DNA of 64,000 bases from Antedon mediterranea (lineage: Eukaryota > Animalia > Echinodermata): assembly GCF_964355755.1 (NCBI RefSeq), contig NC_092674.1:558001-622000 (forward strand). The letters are read 5' to 3'. How positions within the stretch are numbered: the first letter of the stretch is position 1; each line of letters begins with the position of its first letter. Position numbers and translations under genes: made by a program. The notes below the pieces were generated by a model. The model had not been told where the DNA came from. It saw only the letters and a list, made by a program, of their open reading frames with translations, and did not search any database. Below are positions 43,318 to 56,200 of the stretch, one piece after another.

Positions 43318-46039
43318 TTAATTTTGCAAATGACTTGTATTTTGTAAACAAACATTCGTAACCAACCTAATAAAACCAGCTTTATGTAAAATTGTGAACA
43401 TTTTAAACTCCTCGGGCATGCGATGTACAGTCGAGTAGTCTATAGACCGTTCTTCATAATAATGATGCTTTAGTTGTCTCCCATTTGGTAATTTATGAAA
43501 TGGATAGAAGCCATAGAGAGAAACTGTTTTGCACAACGATGCTGCAACGGTGTAAAGAAACAGACCCGATGAAGGAGAGGTTATGTTCCAGAATCTGTAA
43601 AAAAATAAAAAAGTATTATATAATATATCTTTTCAGATTATTATAACTATATTCGACTTGCGGTTATTTATTAACATTGAATGTATGTTGCTTACCTTGG
43701 TGCCAAGTTTGATCTCATCACAAAATCATGTGAATCTATCTCCTGTCCACACGAACTACTGAGAAGTATTCCAGAATTTCCAATTACTGCACATATATCT
43801 TTTTTACCAATAGTTGCTAACGTTTTTGGCGTTTTCTTCCAATTCGAACTTTGCAGCAACTGGTAGGTTACATGTTGTATTTTACCTTTCTTTGATTTCC
43901 TTATTTTGGGCTTTTCTATCAAAATATTAAGACTGTGGGGAAATGAACGTTCCAAGGAGGACAATCTGCAGGGTAAAATAATAATAATATAAATTATTTG
44001 TGGACTATGAACTATTTTAGTTTAATTTTGCAATAATAATTGTACATCTTATAGTATAATTAATGAACAATGTTTGTACGAAATATAACAAACCTAATTT
44101 CTATTCATATATTAATAGTGTAATGAAAATTAAGTTCAAATTTTGTGCTTATTCATATGTACAATAATAATAAAATAATAATTTCGCCGTCCTTTTTCTT
44201 TTTTCTAAATATTTTAACACCCCAGTAGCTTAACGGTATTGTTCTTTTTTTTTTCCTTTGGTAACTTGATTGTTGTTGTTATACTGTGTATATGTTTTCA
44301 TTGTTAAATTGTTATGACTAGTTATGTCAACTTCATCATTGTTTACTTGATGCAATAAAGGATATAAAGTGAAAATTATTGGTTGGTTGGTTGTTGCATA
44401 CAATTAAACAGATTACGGTATAGTTAGAATTAGTGGTTTATGTTAATTGACAATAGTTCGTTCATTACACCAAACTATTCAATTCTAGTTGGTTATCCAT
44501 TCCAGCCCACTATTATCAATTTGTATAGGCTGCTTACTTACTTTTGTTTCATTGAAGAAATATTAATTGAACTAACGTTGAGCTGATCAGAAAATGTGTC
44601 GAAGCCGGTACTGCATATTAAAGCCGGATACACGTTATTCGATTGTTTCATAAAATGAATTGCATTGAAAAAGAAAAAAGAATATGAAATGGATGAAACA
44701 AATGTTTATAAAAATATGTAAACATTAATTTGACAAATATTATAAATGTTATATTGTTTTATAGCTGATTTTGTCAATATGATCAGCATGCATTATGTGA
44801 TATTCCCATAATGCTGTAAGGTACCGTACTAATTATTTTGATACACCTTTATTTGCAGATGAAACTATATTTATACTTAACCCGCATGTTATATTTAGAG
44901 CTTAATAATCGTGTAAACAAATTAACAATGAATGTATTCGTCTCAACGAATAGTAGATGTCTTATATAAGTCCAGGTGGAATAGCATCCTAGGATGAGAG
45001 TGCGTCTCATTGTACTTTGTCACTCATACTTTTTCAGTTAATTTATACACAATTATGTTATTTTCTATGGAGATTGAATGAATGATTGTAGACATCTGAA
45101 AATCGATCCAAATGGTGCTTTACATATCGGAAAAAAGAATTGGGAAGAACTAAACACATTGAGACAGAATTTGTTATGCTATGATAAGAGATTTAACTCG
45201 ATAGATTTATTTATTTTCTACCCCCTTCATATGTTTATATTTTTTATCATTGTTATTATTGCAAAACATACACTTGAACTGAGGAAGTGCTAGTGTTGCC
45301 CAAAAGCTCTGCATTTTATTTCTGCTTGTTTATCGTTTGATTTAGCTTTTTTATTATTTTATTTGTATCTCCATTGAGATCCATCTATCGATACCCAGAA
45401 CATTGTCATTTTTTCAGATCCGTTACATTCAATAAAGTTTTTCACTTTAATTCTAATTTATTTTCTTTGATTATTTCTTTCATAAATTTAAAACAATAGT
45501 GTTAAATGACATTAACATAATGACATACACATTTATATCGTACTTACATGCGACTGCTTTCACCATCAACATTATGAGAGTGAGACTGATTCGTGTAAGA
45601 CTTTGGTGTATGGTGTGTAAAATAAATATATTCAATTATGAGAACTACTGAGGAAATCATCAGAAAACACAGTACTTTCCAGCGTATAGACCTATGAAAA
45701 TATTAATTTAATACATTATTTAGGCGTTGCTTTTAAGACAAAACAAAAACAAATTAGTAATTCGCCAGTTTGTTCATACTTTGCTGACAATGGCGTCCGC
45801 GTCAAGAACATGTTTTTAACCAGTCAACTGCAGCAGCTGGAAGGGTTCTGTTTTCTTACAGTTCTTTATTTTTATTCTTTCTTTCTATTGGACTTGTTTT
45901 TTTACGATGGTACCAACAAAATTCTGAAATTAATGGTAGGCGTCAATAAGTAGGTCTCATACTCATCTGATTTCTGATTTTGCTCGATCAAATTGTGTTT
46001 TATATTTAATTTTTTAATAAAGGAAAAAAGTACTTACAT
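43318..46039 (-). pseudogene. ST8Sia-like copy C with an in-frame 279-nt internal deletion (probably catalytically dead, about 253 aa)
   Basis: Exons 46038-46039, 45548-45691, 44542-44610, 43696-43965, 43318-43594. Exon 4 jumps from ...SNLAP directly to the donor, removing the end of sialylmotif L (DVGxKT) and 93 codons relative to copy A. Frame and splice sites are preserved. Confidence 0.75.
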
Positions 46040-46875
46040 GTTTATATACAAATTTTAAAATGTAATTGACTGTAGTTCCTGTTTTTGTGTGGGCCAACGA
46101 TGGCACTTCTCACAGCAGTTTTCAATAATCACGGGAGAACAAATGATAATGGACATTGGACTATTTTTATTGAAGAGCGACGGTCTCAATTTTATTATCA
46201 GCCCCATGTTTAATCAGGCATTTAAGGTGTGGTTATCAATAGAGGACGCAACACAAGGACGTACGCAGTTGTGTGATTGCGAAGCGTGATTTCAAGTGCG
46301 TCTTTAGAGGGGAAACGATATGGCAAAGGCAAGGAACAACATTTATTCCCTCCAATGTGCACCAGAATAACTCAACATTATACATTCATTTATCAATGGT
46401 ATTTTTATTGACAATTTCCATTTCTATAAAGTTAATGATAAAATACCCACATTTTGTCATTTAAAATGTTATAAAACTTTACCTAAAATGCCTGTAGTAA
46501 CAGGCATATTTTCATTTAACAAAATGCTTCCTATTTTTTTTTATTTTGAAACCCAAACCAACAGCAAACAAAAAATTCGCTATTAACTCTAGGGTTATAA
46601 TTTTATCAAGTTCTTTTGTGATACAAATAATAATTGTATGGTTTATCAAATATAAATCTAGATATCATCAAACGTCTCTTAGTATTTACAATTAAAATAA
46701 TTCGTAACAAATATTAGTATTGCATTTTTAAAAAAGAAGGTAACTTCAAATTGCATTGCTATTTCGTACTTATCTGTAGCTGGTATTTTATACTCTTAAA
46801 TCTTAAGTACTGTATAGAAAGGTGTATAAATATTAGCGAAGGCTGTCTTTAAAATTATATTCATCACTCGCCTGA

Positions 46876-47035
46876 AGCCGATTTTCCAGTAGGCGAATTT
46901 GTTCCCGTGAATCGAAAGCATCAGCAATATACACATGCGTATTTATGTTTCCATCTTCCCAATACTTCTCTACGCATACGTATTAGCTGACGCCTTCGAT
47001 TCACGTGAACAAATTCGCCTACTGGAAAATCGGCT
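46876..47035. mobile_element. MITE with about 40-bp TIRs (second Harbinger-like family)
   Basis: AGCCGATTTTCCAGTAGGCGAATTTGTTC(C/A)CGTGAATCGAA is inverted at the two ends, with TGA/TTA flanks. Confidence 0.8.
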
Positions 47036-47250
47036 TTAGTAAAGATACTTTGGTTTGCTTTAACAATTCAACTATATTATCTGTTCATTGCTATTTTCCT
47101 GATAAATTAAGTCCATCGAAATGTGCACATATCGATGCATTTACATTAATAATAATCATAAATAATGTGTAATGAAAATATTTCCTGAGGGCAGATCATG
47201 TGTATATAATTTTAAAACAAGAGAAAAAGAGCAATATTACAGTTCAACCA

Positions 47251-50200
47251 TTACCGCTTCAACATCTCTCCTTCCTTCTGACTTTCCTCAAGTTTACATC
47301 GCAGGGTTGAAAGTGCTTCTTTCGATTTTGTAAACTTTCTGTCGATACTTCTAGATGACAATTGCAGGTGTATCTGCTGAGCAATGTAAGGAACTCGTTC
47401 TGATAAAAATGCTGTTACGTATGTGACACCGTGCGCCCCCACCAGTCGTCGCGATGGACGCAAGTACTGACGTTTCTCTACACCATTTCCCTTAAAAAGT
47501 ACGTTCAATGTTACTAATAACATGTGTAGTTCTATTGGTGATGAATGAACTATAATGCAAGTGAACTCTGCAACCAAAATGGTGGCAGGAGGTTTAAAAC
47601 TGAGGAGTTTCAGCTTTTCTTTTAATGTTATGTATCTATATTTCATTCATTTTATTTTATTTACAGTATTTCGTCAAGACAGAAACATAAAAAACCATAA
47701 CCAAAACCAGTTACGTCAAACGGAATTGCTGTATTGAATTGCTGTATACATTTTCTCCACCTCTCTACTGGAGCAAGAACGAACACAGACACCGTAACTG
47801 TTTAAATGCTTTGTTTTAATTCATTTAGCTTTACAAACAATTTCAATGAGAAAACAAGTGAAATAGTGCGTCGGAACCAATCTCCAAGACAGAATTGAAT
47901 GAAAGAATAATCCATTGCTTGTGATTGGTCAACTTACTTGGGTTGCACCTACGCCATTGCGTTGCATCCAATGGGAACCAATCTTTTAAGTCGTGTTCCA
48001 CTAGAGACGCAACGCAAGCAATTTGACCAATGAACAAATAATCCATTGCTTGTGATTGGTGAACTTACTTGCGTTGCACCTACGCCATTGCGTGGCATCC
48101 AATGGGAACCAATTTTTAAGTCTTGTTCCCACTTGAGATGCGACGCAAGCGATTTGACCAATGACAGAATTGAAAGAAAGAATAATCCATTGCTTGTGAT
48201 TGGTCAACTTACTTGCCTTCCATCCAATGGGAGCCAATCTTTATTATCACCTAAGATAGGTTTGGTAAGAACGATTAAGACTGGTCACATGACAATACAT
48301 TAATGAGAAATAAATTGAACCTACCTTCAATTGTAATTTAATAAAAAGTTCCATTTGCTGACAACATTGTTCCCAGTTTTCACCCCTTTTCTTCATGTGT
48401 TCACGCAACTCCATTTTACACACCTAAAAGGAGATGTATTAAAACAGTTTGTATTACATTTTATACATAAATATAGATATATAAATACTATCACAACTTT
48501 TCAAAAATCAGCATTAAAATCACCTTAATGATGAAAGAAAAAAATATACACAGTAAAACAAAAACTTACAAGTAAGTAATCTGACCAATATATGAATTTT
48601 CTAAATGTGCGTACGACATTGCATTGTGTCAAAGTGATAACCAGCTTTAATTTATCATAACATCCACAAAGTATAAGCATTACTGATCATCATCACAATG
48701 GTCATTATCACAATGGTCATTATCACAATGGTCATTATCACAATGGTCATTATCACAATGGTCATTATCACAATGGTCATTATCACAATGGTCATTATCA
48801 CAATGGTCATCATCACAATGGTCATCATCATTGTATAGTTAAAAAATACTACACCATTGGTTATCACCCAAATTGTGTGTGAAGTGTAAAGCTCTGTCTA
48901 CACTATCAAACTTTATGTGAAAAAAAAATGTGATGTACCCATATATGGACATGATGATGACATATCACTACCATATTTGGGAACATCACATTTTTTTTGG
49001 TCAAACTAGTTTGATAATGTAGACAGAGCTTAAGTGATAAGTTATGCCAAAAAAAAGCACTTTCACATAATTTCACCACCAATGAAATCCTCACCTCAGA
49101 TGTCTGTATAATATTACTGGCCAATGTTTCATCTAATCTGTATTTCAAGCACAGATGTAATGTTTCATACGCTACTTGTGTTATAGACAAACAAGCAATC
49201 TCTATAGTCTGAAAGTTGAACCAAAAACCCCTAAATTAAACCCACAAGAAATGCATGCAATACAGTATAATAAATAACACCCAGAGAAAATGGCTTGCAT
49301 TAATACCGAAAGAAGAAGAGTGTGCATGTGAAGCTCTGCCTACACTGTCAAACTAGTTTGACAAAAAAAGTATCATGTGCCCAAATATGGTAGTGATATG
49401 CTTAAATATGATAATATTATGAAATCATTATGCCCATATATGGGCACATCACATTTTGTTTGTCACATAAAGTTTGATAGTGTAGACAGAGCTCAATGAA
49501 ATAATATAATTTTAAATGACAGAAACATAACAAAAGAATATGTATGAATATTTATATTTCTCAGAATAAAATTATTTATAACAATAGGCCTATAAAAATG
49601 TGATAAAAACAGTGGACGAGCCAATACAATGTTATGGACAATGTGCATGTGTGTGCTCACAAAATGGTAACATTAATTTAGATAATAATTATAGGCCTAT
49701 AATGTGAGCAATGGACCATCCAATACAATGTTATGGACATTGTGCATGTGTGTGCTCACAAAATGGTAACATTAATTTAGATAATAATGATAGGCCTATA
49801 ATGTGAGCAATGGACCATCCAATACAATGTTATGGACATTGTGCATGTGTGTGCTCACAAAATGGTAACATTAATTTAGATAATAATGATAGGCCTATAA
49901 TGTGAGCAATGAACCATCCAATACAATGTTATGGACATTGTGCATGTGTGTGCTCACAAAATGGTAACATTAATTTAGATAATAATGATAGGCCTATAAT
50001 GTGAGCAATGGACCAGCCAATACAATGTTATGGACAATGTGCATGTGTGTGATCACATAATGGTAACATTAATTTAGATAATAATGATAGGCCTATAATG
50101 TGAGCAATGGACCATACAATACAATGTTATGGACATTGTGCATGTGTGTGCTCACAAAATGGTAACATTAATTTAGATAATAATGATAGGCCTATAATGT

Positions 50201-53200
50201 GAGCAATGGACCATACAATACAATGTTATGGACATTGTGCATGTGTGTGCTCACAAAATGGTAACATTAATTTAGATAATAATGATAGGCCTATAATGTG
50301 AGCAATGGACCATACAATACAATGTTATGGACATTGTGCATGTGTGTGCTCACAAAATGGTAACATTAATTTAGATAATAATGATAGGCCTATAATGTGA
50401 GCAATGGACCAGCCAATACAATGTTATGGACAATGTGCATGTGTGTGCTCACATAATGGTAATATTAATTTAGATAATAATGATAGGCCTATAATGTGAG
50501 CAATGGACCAGCCAATACAATGTTATGGACAATGTGCATGTGTGTGATCACATAATGGTAATATTAATTTAGATAATAATGATAGGCCTATAATGTGAGC
50601 AATGGACCAGCCAATACAATGTTATGGACATTGTGCATGTGTGTGCTCACAAAATGGTAACATTAATTTAGATAATAATGATAGGCCTATAATGTGAGCA
50701 ATGGACCAGCCAATACAATGTTATGGACAATGTGCATGTGTGTGCTCACAAAATGGTAACATTAATTTAGATAATAATGATAGGCCTATAATGTGAGCAA
50801 TGGACCATACAATACAATGTTATGGACATTGTGCATGTGTGTGCTCACAAAATGGTAATATTAATTTAGATAATAATGATAGGCCTATAATGTGAGCAAT
50901 GGACCAGCCAATACAATGTTATGGACATTGTGCATGTGTGTGCTCACAAAATGGTAACATTAATTTAGATAATAATGATAGGCCTATAATGTGAGCAATG
51001 GACCAGCCAATACAATGTTATGGACAATGTGCATGTGTGTGATCACATAATGGTAACATTAATTTAGATAATAATGATAGGCCTATAATGTGAGCAATGG
51101 ACCATACAATACAATGTTATGGACATTGTTCATGTGTGTGCTCACACAATGGTAACATTAATTTAGATAATAATGATAGGCCTATAATGTGAGCAATGGA
51201 CCAGCCAATACAATGTTATGGACATTGTGCATGTGTGTGATCACATAATGGTAACATTAATTTAGATAATAATGATAGGCCTATAATGTGAGCAATGGAC
51301 CAGCCAATACAATGTTATGGACAATGTGCATGTGTGTGATCACATAATGGTAACATTAATTTAGATAATAATGATAGGCCTATAATGTGAGCAATGGACC
51401 AGCCAATACAATGTTATGGACATTGTGCATGTGTGTGCTCACAAAATGGTAACATTAATTTAGATAATAATGATAGGCCTATAATGTGAGCAATGGACCA
51501 GCCAATACAATGTTATGGACATTGTGCATGTGTGTGCTCACAAAATGGTAACATTAATTTAGATAATAATGATAGGCCTATAATGTGAGCAATGGACCAG
51601 CCAATACAATGTTATGGACATTGTGCATGTGTGTGATCACGAAATGGTAACATTAATTTAGATAATAATGATAGGCCTATAATGTGAGCAATGGACCAGC
51701 CAATACAATGTTATGGACATTGTGCATGTGTGTGATCACATAATGGTAACATTAATTTAGATAATAATGATAGGCCTATAATGTGAGCAATGGACCATAC
51801 AATACAATGTTATGGACATTGTGCATGTGTGTGCTCACAAAATGGTAACATTAATTTAGATAATAATGATAGGCCTATAATGTGAGCAATGGACCATACA
51901 ATACAATGTTATGGACATTGTTCATGTGTGTGCTCACAAAATGGTAACATTAATTTAGATAATAATGATAGGCCTATAATGTGAGCAATGGACCATCCAA
52001 TACAATGTTATGGACAATGTGCATGTGTGTGCTCACAAAATGGTAATATTAATTTAGATAATAATGATAGGCCTATAATGTGAGCAATGGACCAGCCAAT
52101 ACAATGTTATGGACATTGTGCATGTGTGTGCTCACAAAATGGTAATATTAATTTAGATAATAATGATAGGCCTATAATGTGAGCAATGGACCATACAATA
52201 CAATGTTATGGACAATGTGCATGTGTGTGCTCACAAAATGGTAACATTAATTTAGATAATAATGATAGGCCTATAATGTGAGCAATGGACCATACAATAC
52301 AATGTTATGGACATTGTGCATGTGTGTGCTCACGAAATGGTAACATTAATTTAGATAATAATGATAGGCCTATAATGTGAGCAATGGACCAGCCAATACA
52401 ATGTTATGGACATTGTGCATGTGTGTGCTCACGAAATGGTAACATTAATTTAGATAATAATGATAGGCCTATAATGTGAGCAATGGACCAGCCAATACAA
52501 TGTTATGGACAATGTGCATGTGTGTGCTCACAAAATGGTAACATTAATTTAGATAATAATGATAGGCCTATAATGTGAGCAATGGACCAGCCAATACAAT
52601 GTTATGGACATTGTGCATGTGTGTGCTCACAAAATGGTAACATTAATTTAGATAATAATTATAGGCCTATAATGTGAGCAATGGACCAGCCAATACAATG
52701 TTATGGACATTGTGCATGTGTGTGCTCACAAAATGGTAACATTAATTTAGATAATAATTATAGGCCTATAATGTGAGCAATGGACCAGCCAATACAATGT
52801 TATGGACATTGTGCATGTGTGTGCTCACAAAATGGTAACAATAATTTAGATAATAATTATAGGCCTATAATGTGAGCAATGGACCATACAATACAATGTT
52901 ATGGACATTGTGCATGTGTGTGCTCACATAATGGTAACATTAATTTAGATAATAATGATAGGCCTATAATGTGAGCAATGGACCAGCCAATACAATGTTA
53001 TGGACAATGTGCATGTGTGTGATCACATAATGGTAACATTAATTTAGATAATAATGATAGGCCTATAATGTGAGCAATGGACCATACAATACAATGTTAT
53101 GGACATTGTGCATGTGTGTGCTCACATAATGGTAACATTAATTTAGATAATAATGATAGGCCTATAATGTGAGCAATGGACCATACAATACAATGTTATG

Positions 53201-56200
53201 GACATTGTGCATGTGTGTGCTCACAAAATGGTAACATTAATTTAGATAATAATGATAGGCCTATAATGTGAGCAATGGACCATCCAATACAATGTTATGG
53301 ACATTGTGCATGTGTGTGCTCACAAAATGGTAACATTAATTTAGATAATAATTATAGGCCTATAATGTGAGCAATGGACCATACAATACAATGTTATGGA
53401 CATTGTGCATGTGTGTGCTCACAAAATGGTAACATTAATTTAGATAATAATTATAGGCCTATAATGTGAGCAATGGACCAGCCAATACAATGTTATGGAC
53501 ATTGTGCATGTGTGTGCTCACAAAATGGTAACATTAATTTAGATAATAATTATAGGCCTATAATGTGAGCAATGGACCATCCAATACAATGTTATGGACA
53601 TTGTTCATGTATGTTCTCACATCAGTAACATTTATTAAGATAATAATGATACAATTAATCTTCTAGTATAATCAAAAGTTTAGATATACATAGCCATTGA
53701 CAAGAGAATTTGCTGTATCTTTGTGGTATAATGACTAATAATAATGACTGGGAACGAAGTGCATATAACAGAACATATAAGTATATACTACAACATCTCA
53801 TTGTGTATAAAGAATGGGAACGAATTACATATAACAATACATATAACTACATACTAAAAATATCTCATTGTGTATAAAGAATGGAAAGTAATGGACAGTA
53901 ACAGTACACTATTAGAGTTAACTGAAAACAGGACAACATTTAGCTACACAATGTGTTAACTGAAAACAGGACAACATTTAGCTACACAATGTGTTAACTG
54001 AAAACAGGACAACATTTAGCTACACAATGTGTTAACTGAAAACAGGACAACATTTAGCTACACAATGTGTTAACTGAAAACAGGACAACATTTAGCTACA
54101 CAATGTGTTAACTGAAAACAGGACAACATTTAGCTACACAATGTGTTAACTGAAAACAGGACAACATTTAGCTACACAATGTGTTAACTGAAAACAGGAC
54201 AACATTTAGCTACACAATGTGTTAACTGAAAACAGGACAACATTTAGCTACACAATGTGTTAACTGAAAACAGGACAACATTTAGCTACACAATGTGTTA
54301 ACTGAAAACAGGACAACATTTAGCTACACAATGTGTTTAGAAAAGTAACAAATGTTAAGTCATAAGGATATTATGAACATATAACCCATTATGTGTGTGT
54401 TTGTTTGTATAAAAGAAAAGGTTATAATATTGTAGGTATGAAACACGTTATCTAATCTATTTAAGTACTTATTACTTAAAGATTTATGTAAGGTAGGCCT
54501 ATAATCATTATGTTATAGATATTTATATATAATATAACATGAACTAAACATTATAGACTTAGTACATTAAAATATATACTAATAGCAAAATCCACCTAAA
54601 TACTAATTAATGTATGTTAAACAAGATCAAGAAATATAATAAAGTGTGATTACTGTAATGATAAATAAACAACTATTTACATAATGTTCATGATTGAATA
54701 AGTATGTGTGCTTAGTGTACTGTGTTAGTACGTGTTTATGAAAATACACTAGTGAAAGGAAATCTAAATATATGTGCATAGTTTAATTGTACAATATACA
54801 GTACATAATGTTGGTGAACACTTGTACATGTATGTACATTGACCCAATTTAATGTACCATGTTTAATATTAACATAATGTACATTCAACAAACATTCATG
54901 TGCCCTGTCATCAAATGTACTTAATTCATGTACTACGTTAAATACATGGATGCACATAAACATACATTCATTTACCCTGTTATCCACAAATGTTAATGTA
55001 TGCACAAAAACATACTGTACATTAATGTAACCTGTTATCCACAAATGCATAAACATACATGCACATAAACATACATCCATTTACCCTGTTATCCACAAAT
55101 GTTAATGTATGCACAAAAACATACTGTACATTAATGTAACCTGTTATTAACAAATGTTAATGCATAAACATACATGCACATAAACATACTGTACATTAAT
55201 GTAACCTGTTATTAACAAATGCATAAACATACATGCACATAAACATACATCCATTTACCCTGTTATCCACAAATGTTAATGTATGCACAAAAACATACTG
55301 TACATTAATGTAACCTGCATAAACATACATGCACACATTCATTTACCCTGTTATCTACAAATGTTAATGTATGCACCACAAATAAATTCATGTTTCCATG
55401 TTATCACAAATGTTTGTGAACATTAATGTTACTGAATACTCAAATGATTGTTCACCTTAGAATCAACAATGTCTTGAATGCCTGCTAATATCTCTGGTGG
55501 AGCAACATCTTCTAGTTGTTTCTTTAGTTTTCGAAAGCTGGACATGTTTTCATGGTAAAAATCAAATTTACACTAGAAAAGAAAATCATTTATAAATATT
55601 TACAGTATGTGTATTATTTATATATTGCAAATATGTTAACCCCAGTCGTCTAGAGGCATAATGCAGTGGAATTGAGATTGTCAGTTGATTCCAACTTGGG
55701 AACAACCTCAAGCAAACTAAGTCATCTCCACACAATTTTGCTGTAAAAGTAATTTTAAATCATTACCTTCATTATACTACTTGCTAGTTTTACTTGTATG
55801 TTACTTGACGGCTTGAGTTGTTTAAGACAGCTTACACACATAACAAATTTGTTGAAGTGGTCCATAAGATCACCCTGTAAACAGACCAAGCTAATTACTA
55901 ATTGTAAGTATAGTAAGTTTTAGTACTACAGACTAGCCTGATCCAAGTCTAATACTAATGTTGCTTACATTGCTTCCTCTACTTGCTTGCAATGACATTA
56001 TCAGGCTTACCAAATCTATACTATTACCTTACCTGTGCATACTTAGATCTAGACTGACCTTACCTGTGCATACTTAGATCTAGACTGACCTTACCTGTGC
56101 ATACTTAGATCTAGACTGACCTTACCTGTGCATACTTAGATCTAGACTGACCTTACCTGTGCATACTTAGATCTATACTGACCTAACCTGTGCATACTTA

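Noticed and set aside
45078-45293. 71-aa ORF as a GIY-YIG endonuclease remnant next to the hammerhead motif
   Set aside because: No recognisable catalytic motif, and the paralogous region near 39160-39250 is not open. Cannot be supported without a profile search.
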